Virus record (IMG/VR): IMGVR_UViG_3300032308_002078 | Coordinates: 16,073-80,072 of that record | From: a virus | Lineage: Duplodnaviria; Heunggongvirae; Uroviricota; Caudoviricetes | DNA: 64,000 nt | Direction: 5' to 3' (one strand) | Shown here: piece after piece, positions 1 through 9,951 of the stretch | Layout of the letters: the number at the start of each line of letters is the position of its first letter | Position numbering within the stretch: position 1 is the first letter of the stretch | Translations under genes and position numbers: made by a program | The notes under the pieces: model-generated | The model's database searches: none | The model's input: the letters and a program-made list of their open reading frames with translations, nothing else | What the model was told of the DNA's origin: nothing

Positions 1-252
1 TATACAATAGTTAGAATTGAAGTCTGTGAGTGGGTTAAAACTCCATACACTATATTAAATTATTTTAAAAAACAATTAAATGATGGTATTGAACCTGTAA
101 TTCAAGATACTACAAGATATGTTTTAAGTCTAGATGAATTTTTATATTGGATGAAGATGATTAAATCAGGCGTAAAAAATGAAATGAATGTGTTAGGTAG
201 AAAAATGACTATTAAACAGATTGTAGATGAAATTAAAGCAGGAAAATTATGA
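1..252 (+). CDS. partial CDS (3' end), hypothetical protein
   Basis: Open frame from window start to TGA at 250-252, overlapping the next start (ATGA). Confidence 0.45.
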   Translation, partial: YTIVRIEVCEWVKTPYTILNYFKKQLNDGIEPVIQDTTRYVLSLDEFLYWMKMIKSGVKNEMNVLGRKMTIKQIVDEIKAGKL

Positions 253-1202
253 TAAAGGTTAAAGTATTTTATTTAATAATGCCTTGGCAAATTGATTATG
301 CTTTATTATCATACACTCAGTTTAAAAAATCACATTATTATATAAAAGATGATGTTGAGGTGACTATAGACACTCACTTAAACTTATCTAGTTATATTAC
401 TGATTGGGATAATAGTCAAATACCTAAAGAATTCTTTATAAAAAAATATAATGATTTAGCTGTTTTATTAAAAGATTATAAACATAATTCTATAATCTAT
501 GATGGAGAAGAAAATTATGGTTTATTAGATATGCAAAAAATAGCATATGGAGAAGAATATGACTATTACATTCCAGTATGTCCAGACATGTATTTTAGTG
601 AACATTTATTAACGTACTTAATAGAAGCCGCTAGATTGGTAAAAAACAAATATTTTGTTATTACTCCTGAAATACATAAGATGTGGGATTGGACATGGGA
701 TGAAATAACTAATCAACAATATATGGATGTTCCTTATGATGAGTGGAACTCAACTGATATTTTTGATATTAGACATAATTTAAAAACAAATCACAATGCT
801 GATAAATTATTAGTTCCTACTCAAAGAAGTAAATGGGCTATTTGGTTTGACATCTATAGCAAATCATTTTATGAAGATTTATGTCCCGTACATGATGATT
901 GGATAGGATATGGTCCTTGGGATTGGTATTCAATGATGTTATCAGAATATATAAAATCTTTAGGAGTTGATTTTCAACAATATGTTTTAAAAGGAGAAAC
1001 TATATTTGAATATTCTGTTGGTCCTTTAAAAGATAGAGATTTTACTAATTATTATAAAGATTTTTTAAAGATAAAAGTAGGAGCTAAAGAACAAAGAGAT
1101 AAATTTGAAGCTAGAATGGGGGAATATCTTCAAAAAGGATTTCAAATGGTTAAAGATAAAAACATCATTCCTGAAGATATTCACATTAAATTAATAAAAT
1201 AA
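249..1202 (+). CDS. hypothetical protein, first gene of a glycosyl/methyl-transferase cluster
   Basis: 317 aa ORF; no recognisable motif; tightly coupled to downstream methyltransferase and GT2. Confidence 0.45.
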   Translation: MIKVKVFYLIMPWQIDYALLSYTQFKKSHYYIKDDVEVTIDTHLNLSSYITDWDNSQIPKEFFIKKYNDLAVLLKDYKHNSIIYDGEENYGLLDMQKIAYGEEYDYYIPVCPDMYFSEHLLTYLIEAARLVKNKYFVITPEIHKMWDWTWDEITNQQYMDVPYDEWNSTDIFDIRHNLKTNHNADKLLVPTQRSKWAIWFDIYSKSFYEDLCPVHDDWIGYGPWDWYSMMLSEYIKSLGVDFQQYVLKGETIFEYSVGPLKDRDFTNYYKDFLKIKVGAKEQRDKFEARMGEYLQKGFQMVKDKNIIPEDIHIKLIK

Positions 1203-1208
1203 ACTAAT

Positions 1209-1865
1209 ATGAAAAAATATTCAAATGATACTTATGCTGATCCTAATGGAGTTAAAAGATGGGATTTAATTAACCATTTAATAAAAAATTATGATTTTCT
1301 AAATTATTTAGAAATAGGAGTAAATGATGGGGTTTGTATAAGGAAAATTAATGCCCCACATAAAGATGGTGTTGACCCATCACCTGGTTCTGAAGTTGGA
1401 GGTATGGATGTTCCTGAAATTAATTATCCTATTACATCTGATGAGTTTTTTAATTTTATTAAAGGACATGATATTAAATATGATGTTATTTTTATAGATG
1501 GTCTTCATCATTCTGATCAAGTTGATAAAGATATAAAAAACTCATTAAACCATTTAGTACCAAATGGGTTTATTATATTACATGATTGTAATCCACCTGA
1601 ATTTATAAATCAAGTTGTCCCAAGAATTTCAGGTACATGGAACGGAGATGTATGGAAATCAGTAGTTAAACTTAGATGTACTGAACCTAGCTTAGAAATA
1701 AAAGTAGTAGACACTGACTGGGGAGTAGGTATAGTTAAACAAAAACAACAAGAAATTTATGATAAAGTTTCTTTAGAAAAGTGCTTAGAGTGGAGTTATT
1801 TTGACTCACATAGAGAAGAATTATTAAACATTATATCAGTAGACAATTTTTATAAAACATATTAA
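1209..1865 (+). CDS. class I SAM-dependent methyltransferase (TylF/CmcI-like O-methyltransferase fold)
   Basis: Motif I-like LEIGVNDG, acidic VIFIDGLH, and NGFIILHDCNPP, as in macrocin O-MTase-like enzymes. Confidence 0.5.
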   Translation: MKKYSNDTYADPNGVKRWDLINHLIKNYDFLNYLEIGVNDGVCIRKINAPHKDGVDPSPGSEVGGMDVPEINYPITSDEFFNFIKGHDIKYDVIFIDGLHHSDQVDKDIKNSLNHLVPNGFIILHDCNPPEFINQVVPRISGTWNGDVWKSVVKLRCTEPSLEIKVVDTDWGVGIVKQKQQEIYDKVSLEKCLEWSYFDSHREELLNIISVDNFYKTY

Positions 1866-1866
1866 T

Positions 1867-2769
1867 ATGATATCATTAATCATCCCAACAAACAAAACCA
1901 ACTCAGAGTACACTAACAATATTTTAAATAATATCAAAGAGATTTACCCTGATGTTGATGTAATTATTGAAGAAAACGACAGTGTTACTTTAGGTATAAA
2001 CTATAATAACGCTGTAGCTAAAGCAAAAGGTGAAAAAATTATTCTACTCCATAACGATATGATTATTAAACCTGGTTTTATTGAAACTATGGATAAACAT
2101 ATTACTAAAGGTAGGATAACAACTTATACAAGAATTGAACCACCTATCTATCCAGACACATACGCCGGTAAAGTTATTTTAGATTGTGGTTATGACTTAA
2201 ATACCTTTAATAAAGAAAAATTTTTAAATCACAACATAGAAGAAAAATTAATAGATGGAGGTTCTCAATTATTTTTTGGATGTATGAAAGAAGATTATTT
2301 AGGTATTGATGGTAATACCTTTAAAATGTTTTGTGAGGATGATGATTTACATTTAAGATATAAAATAGCAGGATTTGAACATAAAGTTAGTTCAGCTCAT
2401 GTTTATCATTTTGTTAGTAAAACATCTCGTGTAGGTGATTATCAATCTATAGAACAAGAATCAAATATTAATTTTATTAAGAAATGGGGATTTAGAAAAT
2501 CAGAATATAATGTTGTTTATAATAAAAAATATATTTTAAATAAAAATAATGATTCATTAAAAAACGCTTTAGAAATTTGGTTTAATGGAGGAGAGGATAT
2601 TATTGTTGAAATTAATAGTGAAGCATTCACACAACAGGATTATATGTATGTTCAACAATTAAATGATATTATAAAAGAAAATAATGAATTAGGAGTTTTT
2701 GAATTAGGTAATCTTAAAATAACAGTTAATTCATTAGAAGAGCAACAACAAAAATATATTAGACTATGA
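1867..2769 (+). CDS. glycosyltransferase family 2
   Basis: N-terminal ISLIIPTNKTN signature; acidic CEDDDLHLR (DxD-like) motif; GT-A fold pattern. Confidence 0.6.
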   Translation: MISLIIPTNKTNSEYTNNILNNIKEIYPDVDVIIEENDSVTLGINYNNAVAKAKGEKIILLHNDMIIKPGFIETMDKHITKGRITTYTRIEPPIYPDTYAGKVILDCGYDLNTFNKEKFLNHNIEEKLIDGGSQLFFGCMKEDYLGIDGNTFKMFCEDDDLHLRYKIAGFEHKVSSAHVYHFVSKTSRVGDYQSIEQESNINFIKKWGFRKSEYNVVYNKKYILNKNNDSLKNALEIWFNGGEDIIVEINSEAFTQQDYMYVQQLNDIIKENNELGVFELGNLKITVNSLEEQQQKYIRL

Positions 2770-2920
2770 TATTCAAGTTTTATAGCAGAAACGACAAAAA
2801 TCAAGAGACAATTGGTCGTGTAGTTACAACCTCAAGGTTACAAGCAGCTAAATTATTTGCTGAGAGAAAACAACTCCCATTAAAAGAATTCTTAAAGATA
2901 TTTGGTGTAACAACTATCAT

Positions 2921-3301
2921 ATGAAAAACTTTGGTAAAAATTTAAAAGTTCAACCTAAGAAAAAAGGTGTGAATGAAAAAGAACTATTTATTGATATTAT
3001 AAATGTCTTTGATGAATGTAACCAACGTACTGAGGATTTAGAAGAAACGTATATGATGGGCATTTCTAATTATGACGAGGCCTTCTACCTAATGATTGAG
3101 AACTTGCTTTATATACACTATGGTGAGTGGAAAACCGACATTATATTATGGTGGGTATATGATAGATTTGGACCTGAAGGTGAGATAATGCCTATTGAAT
3201 TAAATAACCATGATGATAAAACCAAAGAAGAAGTTATAGTTGAAACAGCTGAACAACTTTGGTCATTTTTAAAACGAATTGATAAATTAGATAATAAATA
3301 A
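2921..3301 (+). CDS. hypothetical protein
   Basis: 126 aa ORF. Confidence 0.35.
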   Translation: MKNFGKNLKVQPKKKGVNEKELFIDIINVFDECNQRTEDLEETYMMGISNYDEAFYLMIENLLYIHYGEWKTDIILWWVYDRFGPEGEIMPIELNNHDDKTKEEVIVETAEQLWSFLKRIDKLDNK

Positions 3302-3304
3302 GTT

Positions 3305-3610
3305 ATGAGAAATTGTACAGGGTGTGGTGAGCCAATTCATCCAAAACGTTTAGAAATTATGCCTAACACAACACGTTGTGTAGCATGTTCTACAGTCCAG
3401 AAAAAAGGAGCAGTAACAATATTAAAAGGTATTGGTGACCATACTTGGGTTGAAACTATTCATTTGGAACATGAAGATTATAAAGCTTATATTGAGGCAG
3501 AAAATAAACTTCGTAAAAACGGAAATAAATTATTTGATCCAATTGAAGAAAAAACTGACATACCTTTTGGATTTAGTGAAACTAAATTAGATAAAGATAT
3601 AGATGCCTAA
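3305..3610 (+). CDS. DksA/TraR-family C4 zinc-finger protein
   Basis: CTGCGEPIHPKRLEIMPNTTRCVAC four-Cys finger typical of TraR/DksA C-terminal domain. Confidence 0.45.
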   Translation: MRNCTGCGEPIHPKRLEIMPNTTRCVACSTVQKKGAVTILKGIGDHTWVETIHLEHEDYKAYIEAENKLRKNGNKLFDPIEEKTDIPFGFSETKLDKDIDA

Positions 3611-3643
3611 AGCTAAACCTTTTAAAATTTTTTAATATTTATA

Positions 3644-4486
3644 ATGGACATAAAAACCATTAAAATGAATATTAATACAAAGATTTATCTAGTTACTAAT
3701 TGTTATAATGATCCTAATAAAGTTTATATAGGCAAAACTAAAAATAATAGAAAAAATGACCATAAAAAAACTTATGGAGATCAAACAGAATATACTTATA
3801 TTGATGAAGTTAATAGTTTAGATTATAAAGACTGGGAACCACTAGAGACATATTGGATAGAACAATTTAGACAATGGGGTTTTGAAATAATGAATAAACG
3901 AAAAAAAGGAGGAAGTGGACCTGATTTTTGTAGTGAAAACACAAAAATCAATATTGGAAAAAACAATCGTGGAAAGAAAAAACCTGGAGTTAGTTTAGCT
4001 TTAAAAGGAGTAAAAAGACCATATATAATAGGAGTTGCTGAAAAAATAAGTGAATCTAAACAAGGTATGAAATTAACAGAAGAGTGGAAATACAAAATCA
4101 GTGAAAGCACTAAAGGTAATACAAATCGTTTAGGTACCACTCAATCCCTAGAAACTAAAGATAAAATTAGTAAAGCTTTAAAAGGTAAAAAACGAAATGA
4201 AGAAACAATTCAAAAAATGAAAAAACCTAGACTTGATTCTTCTAATTTTGGAAAACATAGAAAAGGAACAAAAGCAAGTAAAGAAACTTTAAAAAAACAA
4301 AAACAAGCTAAACATTATTTATTAAAACCTGTTGTTCAATATGATAAACAAGGTAACATTATTAATGAATTTGACGGTGTACGAGAAGCTTCAAGACAAA
4401 CAGGATGCTATGACTCAGCAATAACTTTATGCTGTCAGGGAAAATTAAAAACAACAAAAGGATTTATTTTTAAATATAAAAACTAA
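3644..4486 (+). CDS. GIY-YIG homing endonuclease with NUMOD3-like repeats and C-terminal NUMOD1/HTH
   Basis: IYLVTN...VYIGKTKN (GIY-YIG); repeated GKK.S.ET modules; C-terminal VVQYDKQGNIINEF...GFIFKY; own upstream TATTTATAAT motif. Confidence 0.75.
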   Translation: MDIKTIKMNINTKIYLVTNCYNDPNKVYIGKTKNNRKNDHKKTYGDQTEYTYIDEVNSLDYKDWEPLETYWIEQFRQWGFEIMNKRKKGGSGPDFCSENTKINIGKNNRGKKKPGVSLALKGVKRPYIIGVAEKISESKQGMKLTEEWKYKISESTKGNTNRLGTTQSLETKDKISKALKGKKRNEETIQKMKKPRLDSSNFGKHRKGTKASKETLKKQKQAKHYLLKPVVQYDKQGNIINEFDGVREASRQTGCYDSAITLCCQGKLKTTKGFIFKYKN

Positions 4487-4488
4487 AA

Positions 4489-5136
4489 ATGCCAAAAGCC
4501 AAACACCTAGGAAAAGAAATGATATTAGCCGCTATGGCTAAAACTAAATCTAATAAAGCTAGTGCTAGATACTTGAACGTTTCATACATACATTATAAGA
4601 AATGGGCTAAAAAATATGAAGCCACACAACCTGGTTATACTGATTTGTTTGAACAACATAAAAACCAATCTGGTAAAGGTATTCCTAAGTTTTTAAGTAA
4701 TGGTAGTCCAAGAAAAGAATTTGCTTTATTAGATTTAATTGAAGGTAGAATAGATCCATCATCATTTAATCCAGCTAAAATAAAATATAGACTTATACAA
4801 GAAGGTTATTTACAAGAGGAATGTTCTACTTGTGGGTTTCATGAACGTAGGGTATTAGACTATAAAATGCCTTTAATTATGCATTTTAAAGATGGTAACA
4901 AACAGCATTATCGACTTGAAAATATACAGTTATTATGTTACAATTGTTATTACTTATACCAAGGTGATTTATTTACTGGTAAACAAATTGAGGGAATGGA
5001 AGACCATGTATCTAAAAATGAATCTAAAGTGGATTGGGAAGTAGATGATTATACTAAAGAACGTTTAAAGGAATTAGGTCTATATGATTCAAAACCAATA
5101 GATGATGATCCTTATGATTTAATATCTAGACTTTAA
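4489..5136 (+). CDS. HNH homing endonuclease (Mob-like)
   Basis: CSTCGFHERRVLD...HFKDGNKQHYRLENIQLLCYNC, an HNH/His-Me finger with flanking Cys pairs; N-terminal HTH-like region. Confidence 0.6.
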   Translation: MPKAKHLGKEMILAAMAKTKSNKASARYLNVSYIHYKKWAKKYEATQPGYTDLFEQHKNQSGKGIPKFLSNGSPRKEFALLDLIEGRIDPSSFNPAKIKYRLIQEGYLQEECSTCGFHERRVLDYKMPLIMHFKDGNKQHYRLENIQLLCYNCYYLYQGDLFTGKQIEGMEDHVSKNESKVDWEVDDYTKERLKELGLYDSKPIDDDPYDLISRL

Positions 5137-5187
5137 ATCTAACGGCCAAAATTTTGGACTTCATAATATTTATAATAAATAAATACT

Positions 5188-5871
5188 ATGAAAGAAATAA
5201 CTTATATTTATTATTTACATACTGGAGATAATATGCCTTTTTATATTGGAAAATCTATATCTCCTAAAGGTAGAATTAGTGAACATAAAAGAAATTTTGG
5301 GGATGTTGTTTTAGAAATAATAGATTATATTCCTACTAAAGACTGGTTATTTTGGGAAAAATGGTATATTGAACTTTTTAAATCTTGGGGATTTAAATTA
5401 AAAAATAAAAACAAAGGTGGAGGTGGAACTGATTTCCATAGTGAAAAAACTAAACAATTAATGTCTAAACCTAAACCAAAAGGATTTGGAGAAAAAACTA
5501 CCCAACGTCTTTTAGGGAAGAAACAATCTCAAGAAACAATAGATAAAAGAGCCGCTAAAAATAAAGGAAAAAAACGAACTTTAGAACAAAGAGCAACTCT
5601 TAGTAAAGTTTTTAAAAATAGAGTATTTAGTGAAGAACGTAATAAAAAAATTGGTGATGCTCAAAGAGGTATTCCTCAACCTAAATCTCAAGAATGTATA
5701 GCTAAATTAAAAAAACCTATTATACAATATGATAAACAAGGTAATTTTATTAAAGAATGGGACAGTTCTACAGACGCTGGAAAATTTTATGGGTCAAATG
5801 CTACCATCCAAAATGCATTAGCTCAAAGAAGATGTAAAAGTGCTTATGGTTACGTTTGGAAGTATAAATAA
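5188..5871 (+). CDS. GIY-YIG homing endonuclease
   Basis: ITYIYYL...FYIGKS...GRISEHK; NUMOD3 repeats; C-terminal IIQYDKQGNFIKEW...GYVWKY. Confidence 0.75.
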   Translation: MKEITYIYYLHTGDNMPFYIGKSISPKGRISEHKRNFGDVVLEIIDYIPTKDWLFWEKWYIELFKSWGFKLKNKNKGGGGTDFHSEKTKQLMSKPKPKGFGEKTTQRLLGKKQSQETIDKRAAKNKGKKRTLEQRATLSKVFKNRVFSEERNKKIGDAQRGIPQPKSQECIAKLKKPIIQYDKQGNFIKEWDSSTDAGKFYGSNATIQNALAQRRCKSAYGYVWKYK

Positions 5872-5891
5872 GGATTTGTATATTTATCTAT

Positions 5892-6080
5892 GTGAAAAAA
5901 AAACGAGTTCCTTTACTTAAAAAAAATAAACATAAGAAACATGACGCTATTGTCAATGATTTTGAAACACAAAAAAACAAACATTTAGAAAAGTTAGCAA
6001 CAAAAACACTAGCAGAACAAGAAAAACTAAGTAAATTAAAAGAAAAGAACATTAACACAGATTTTTTTAAATTATTTTAA
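5892..6080 (+). CDS. lysine-rich small basic protein
   Basis: 62 aa, more than 30% Lys/Arg. Confidence 0.3.
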   Translation: MKKKRVPLLKKNKHKKHDAIVNDFETQKNKHLEKLATKTLAEQEKLSKLKEKNINTDFFKLF

Positions 6081-6082
6081 TT

Positions 6083-6418
6083 ATGGTAGCAGAGATAACA
6101 GTTAACAACACAGAAGAATTTCAAGAACTAGTAGACAATAAAGACTTCAGAATAGCTAAAGCTATTGTAGATGGTATTTTAGATAATATTGATACAAAGA
6201 AAAAACATGTTCATGTTTTGACTATCACTTGTCTTGAAGAAGGTGAAATATATGATATTACAGTTGAACGAAAACATTTTGCTGAGACATTAGAAGAAAA
6301 TTTACCTTACTATATTAGAGAAGAACAATATGAGGATTGTCAGCGTATTGTTAATAGTATTAATAAACTTAAAACTCCAGTAGTTAAGCAAAGAGGAAGA
6401 CCAAAAAAGAATAATTAA
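6083..6418 (+). CDS. hypothetical protein with C-terminal AT-hook-like motif
   Basis: C-terminus KQRGRPKKNN (GRP core of AT-hook). Confidence 0.35.
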   Translation: MVAEITVNNTEEFQELVDNKDFRIAKAIVDGILDNIDTKKKHVHVLTITCLEEGEIYDITVERKHFAETLEENLPYYIREEQYEDCQRIVNSINKLKTPVVKQRGRPKKNN

Positions 6419-6468
6419 GTTTGGCTTAATAAACTTTTAATATTATATTTAAAACAAAAATAAATGTT

Positions 6469-6786
6469 ATGAAAAATTTAATCACAGAAGAGTTCAAAGA
6501 AAAGTTCAAAACAGCATTTGCTCGTTTTATGAATGTCACCATTGTAGCGTCAACTTTGATTGCTGGTTTTGGATTGGGTTATTATTTTCAAGAGTTGAAG
6601 ATGAAACCACAAGCTGTTAATGAAACTATCTTGAATAAAGAAGTTAGGATTGCTGTTGACTCAGAAAACAAACTAATAATTATGGACCGCAAAACAGGTC
6701 AATATATTATTTATAGTGATTCTGTAGGTAGTGCTATCTTTAAAATGTATGCAGCTAAAATTGCATCACCTGTATTAACTAAATAA
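6469..6786 (+). CDS. small membrane protein
   Basis: Hydrophobic segment VTIVASTLIAGFGLGYYF. Confidence 0.35.
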   Translation: MKNLITEEFKEKFKTAFARFMNVTIVASTLIAGFGLGYYFQELKMKPQAVNETILNKEVRIAVDSENKLIIMDRKTGQYIIYSDSVGSAIFKMYAAKIASPVLTK

Positions 6787-7322
6787 TGAAACATATGTTT
6801 GCTAAATTAAAAAATTGGTATCTTATTATCGTTTTGGGAATTATTACTTTAATGTATTTTAATATTAATAGAAAAATTGATGAATTTGAAGACCGTTTAG
6901 ATTTAGCAACAGGAACTATTTCACTCCAGATGTATGAGTCAATTGAACACTGGAGTGATAGTTTCAACATTCCAAAACATATCGCTTATAATGTAGCTTA
7001 TCTTGAAACACGTTATAGGGGTCCATTTGATTTTGATTACAACCCGTATCAAAAATCATTTGCTGGTGCTGTTGGGCCAATGCAAATCATTACTAGATGG
7101 GCTAGACCATATGTTAGAAAACGTTTAAGTGAAAAGGAATTAAAAACTAATATTGATCTTAATGTTAAGATTAGTATGCAAATGCTTCATAAATGGCATT
7201 CAATTCATAGAGACTGGACACTCGCCTGTGGGGCATATAATAGTGGTCAACCAATTAGAAATGAATATGCTGTTTATGCTACTACTAATAAAGATTATAA
7301 GAATAAATGGGAAAGACTTTAA
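6786..7322 (+). CDS. lytic transglycosylase (SLT domain), membrane anchored
   Basis: N-terminal TM; AYLETRYR...SFAGAVGPMQI matches SLT catalytic Glu and AGA.G.MQ motif. Confidence 0.6.
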   Translation: MKHMFAKLKNWYLIIVLGIITLMYFNINRKIDEFEDRLDLATGTISLQMYESIEHWSDSFNIPKHIAYNVAYLETRYRGPFDFDYNPYQKSFAGAVGPMQIITRWARPYVRKRLSEKELKTNIDLNVKISMQMLHKWHSIHRDWTLACGAYNSGQPIRNEYAVYATTNKDYKNKWERL

Positions 7323-7637
7323 TCACAAAGCCATGTATGTATCAGCATGGCAGCAGCAAAATCTAAAAAAACAGCAGTAAGCGCTTCATCGCTTTACAAA
7401 GAAAAACCTAAAAAATCTAGAAAAGGTATTGTAGCAAAAACAAAAACAAGTAAAACAAAAACATCTAAGTTATATAAAAAAATAAGTGTCGGACAAGGTT
7501 AAAAACAATTTATGAGTAAAACAAGCAGCAATCAAAAGTTAGCAGTTCTAAAAATTTGGTTAGAAGAACAAAAACGAAAAGGTAAAATTAAAAAACAACC
7601 TACTTGGTTAAAGGAAATCTTAAACGAAGATTAATAA

Positions 7638-7820
7638 ATGAAACTAGATGGAGGTGCTTTGGAATTCTTTCAAAGTCTACCTGATGACTTAATGGTTCAA
7701 ATAGCTATTAATGATTGGGATGCTTTAGAAAGATTATGTATAGCATTATCCTTAGACATTCAACTTATCATTGAAGATGCTGAGCGATTGAAGAAAAAGA
7801 AAAGAAAAAACAAAAACTAA
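7638..7820 (+). CDS. hypothetical protein
   Basis: 60 aa ORF, overlapping start of next gene. Confidence 0.3.
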   Translation: MKLDGGALEFFQSLPDDLMVQIAINDWDALERLCIALSLDIQLIIEDAERLKKKKRKNKN

Positions 7821-8770
7821 TGAATAAGTTTCAAATAATAAATTACAATTCAGACAGTCAACAAATAGAAATCAGGGTTAATTATCCTGTAAAAGATGGC
7901 TTTATCATAACTAAGGATATAGATTTAGACACTACTATTTATAAAATGAAAATCTGGGATGTACAACCAGGTTTGTTTGTCTTTTTTGTACCAACACCTA
8001 GACATGGTTTTGATTTTCAAAATGAGGATTTTGGTGGATTTACTTTTGAACTTATTGATAAAGGTGTTATTCTAGAAAGACAAATTCTTCGTTTTAGATA
8101 TACTAACATGTATAAGCATAAACAAAACATAAATGACTTTTATCATCCAGTATTTGTTAATTATAGGGAGTTTTTTGTTTATGACAGGTACAAAACATTT
8201 AATTTAGAAGGATGTAATAATGTTATTGACGCTGGAGCTAGTGTAGGTTTATTTACTCAATATATTTTAAATAAAGGAGCTAAACAAGTAGCATCTGTTG
8301 AATGCGATGATAGAAGTATTGTAGCTTTATTTAGTAACTTTATAGGCAATCCAAAAGTTAAAATTGTTGGGATGGCTTTATCTGATACCAATGGAGAAAA
8401 AGAATTATATTGGAAAGAAGATAACCCATTAGTAAACAGTTTAGATGTTGAAGGTAGTGAATTTAAAACTTATGATAGCCCTAACTATAAAATAGTTAAA
8501 ACTACTACTTTAGAAACTTTAATTTCTAATCTAGAATGGGATAAGATTGATTTACTTAAAATAGATATTGAAGGTAGTGAGTGGGATGTTATTGATGTTA
8601 CATCAGATGATACTTTTAAAAATATAAATAAAATATTATTAGAATATCATTGGCCAAAAGGTAGATTACAGTCTGTAATTTCTAGGTTCCAATCTTTAGG
8701 ATTCAAACATATGTTTGAACCTGGTTGTGATGGAAGTGAAGAAAATGGCACTGTATTCTTTTCAAAGTAA
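7820..8770 (+). CDS. FkbM-family methyltransferase
   Basis: VIDAGASVGLFTQYI...VASVECDDRSIVALFSNF...KIVGMALSDTNGEKELYW follows the FkbM (Methyltransf_21) pattern. Confidence 0.6.
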   Translation: MNKFQIINYNSDSQQIEIRVNYPVKDGFIITKDIDLDTTIYKMKIWDVQPGLFVFFVPTPRHGFDFQNEDFGGFTFELIDKGVILERQILRFRYTNMYKHKQNINDFYHPVFVNYREFFVYDRYKTFNLEGCNNVIDAGASVGLFTQYILNKGAKQVASVECDDRSIVALFSNFIGNPKVKIVGMALSDTNGEKELYWKEDNPLVNSLDVEGSEFKTYDSPNYKIVKTTTLETLISNLEWDKIDLLKIDIEGSEWDVIDVTSDDTFKNINKILLEYHWPKGRLQSVISRFQSLGFKHMFEPGCDGSEENGTVFFSK

Positions 8771-8782
8771 TTAAAGAAAAGA

Positions 8783-8830
8783 TTTGGCCTTATAAAATAA
8801 GGATGTTATATTTATGTCATAATAAAGGTT
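8783..8830 (+). promoter_or_regulatory. conserved host-type promoter motif (class 1)
   Basis: GATTTGGCCT-N13-GATGTTATATTTATGTCATAATAAAGGTTATG; TTTG and TAtaTTTa fit the Bacteroidetes -33/-7 consensus. Confidence 0.5.
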
Positions 8831-9304
8831 ATGGCATTACATAGAATAATTGAAACACACAAAGTAAATATTTTAGGTCAAGAAATTACTTATACTAATA
8901 AGTTTCTTAAGTATTCTAAAAGTACATCTTATGGTTTTAAACCATCTAAGAGTTTAGTTAGTAATGGTGTTTATGTATTTAAATACACTTATGAACATCC
9001 GCAATTACCACCTACATTATTTATAGCTCCTGTATCAGGTAAAAAATATATTGTTCCTACTTGGAAAGAAGTTCATCCTGAAACTACTTTAGCTGATATC
9101 AATTGGATTAAACCAACCAAAATAGAGGCTCCAGTCGAAAAAGAAACTTGGAAGTTTGAATCATCAAGTGAAAAAGGATTATTTTATAAAGTTACTAAAC
9201 AGGGTTCAGAACTAAAATGTAACTGTTCTGGTTTTTTTAGATGTAAAGATAGAAGTAAAGGTTGTAAACATGTTCAAGAAGTTCGTAAACAATTAAGCAA
9301 ATGA
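8831..9304 (+). CDS. SWIM-type zinc-finger protein
   Basis: C-terminal KCNCSGFFRCKDRSKGCKHV (CxC...CxH). Confidence 0.35.
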   Translation: MALHRIIETHKVNILGQEITYTNKFLKYSKSTSYGFKPSKSLVSNGVYVFKYTYEHPQLPPTLFIAPVSGKKYIVPTWKEVHPETTLADINWIKPTKIEAPVEKETWKFESSSEKGLFYKVTKQGSELKCNCSGFFRCKDRSKGCKHVQEVRKQLSK

Positions 9305-9519
9305 TAGTAGATAAACGTCCTATAAAAGACAAAATTGAAATTGATTTGTTGGGTCCTGAAGGTAATGCTTTTACACTATTGGGTATCGCTAAGGATTTAA
9401 GTCATAAATTAGGTGAGAATTGGGATGAAGTTCATGCTAATATGACAGCGGCTGATTATGAGTGGTTAATTCAAACTATGGATCACTATTTTGGAGATTA
9501 TATAATAATGTATAGATAA
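9301..9519 (+). CDS. hypothetical protein
   Basis: 72 aa ORF with overlapping start and stop. Confidence 0.3.
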   Translation: MIVDKRPIKDKIEIDLLGPEGNAFTLLGIAKDLSHKLGENWDEVHANMTAADYEWLIQTMDHYFGDYIIMYR

Positions 9520-9935
9520 TGGCAGAAAAAGGTAGACCTAAAGAAACACCACCTGTTCAACTTGATAAGTGGACTAGAGAATTTTATGAAATTCCAACCA
9601 AACCCGAATTAGGTTGGAGAATGAATTGGTACTATGATAAAAGTAAAAATTCAAATGGTCCTTACAAAACAGAAATTTCATATCCTAAAGGTTACAAACA
9701 TGAAAAGTTTAAAGCTGAAAAAGGTAAAGCATATAATGGACAATCAGTAGTGATGGTATTTAAAACATCAGACCGTTCAAATGCTAAAACTAAAATGAAA
9801 GTTTGGAGTCATGAAAATATAGATTATATTATTTCAGCTCCTTCATTACCTGGTATACCTGATACAGCTGTTGTCTTAGAAACAGCAATAGGTGAAGAGT
9901 TTATTGAATTTTTCAAGTCTAAGTATTCCTTATAA
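9519..9935 (+). CDS. hypothetical protein
   Basis: 138 aa ORF. Confidence 0.4.
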   Translation: MAEKGRPKETPPVQLDKWTREFYEIPTKPELGWRMNWYYDKSKNSNGPYKTEISYPKGYKHEKFKAEKGKAYNGQSVVMVFKTSDRSNAKTKMKVWSHENIDYIISAPSLPGIPDTAVVLETAIGEEFIEFFKSKYSL

Positions 9936-9951
9936 TATTTATAATAAAATT

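Noticed and set aside
3823-4140. Minus-strand ORFs listed in the ORF track (for example 3823-4140, 6779-6970, 10026-10226, 13316-13612, 14607-14801, 18940-19131, 22362-22598, 23345-23527, 24735-24923, 26418-26690, 28057-28284, 37592-37789, 38469-38687, 38744-38944, 39831-40046, 40930-41187, 41779-42051, 42114-42326, 43494-43676, 46958-47140, 49430-49624, 49845-50030, 51713-52234, 53051-54059, 54567-54773, 58327-58894, 61503-61727, 62327-62542, 63425-63667)
   Set aside because: All lie antisense inside well-supported + strand genes or tRNA genes. They are low-complexity or hydrophobic translations without start context or promoter motifs. The window appears to be transcribed entirely on the + strand.
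7153-7380. Internal or alternative-frame + strand ORFs (7153-7380, 23352-23546, 35114-35356, 41457-41675, 59651-59845)
   Set aside because: They are nested out of frame within longer ORFs that have recognisable domains. No independent start signals.
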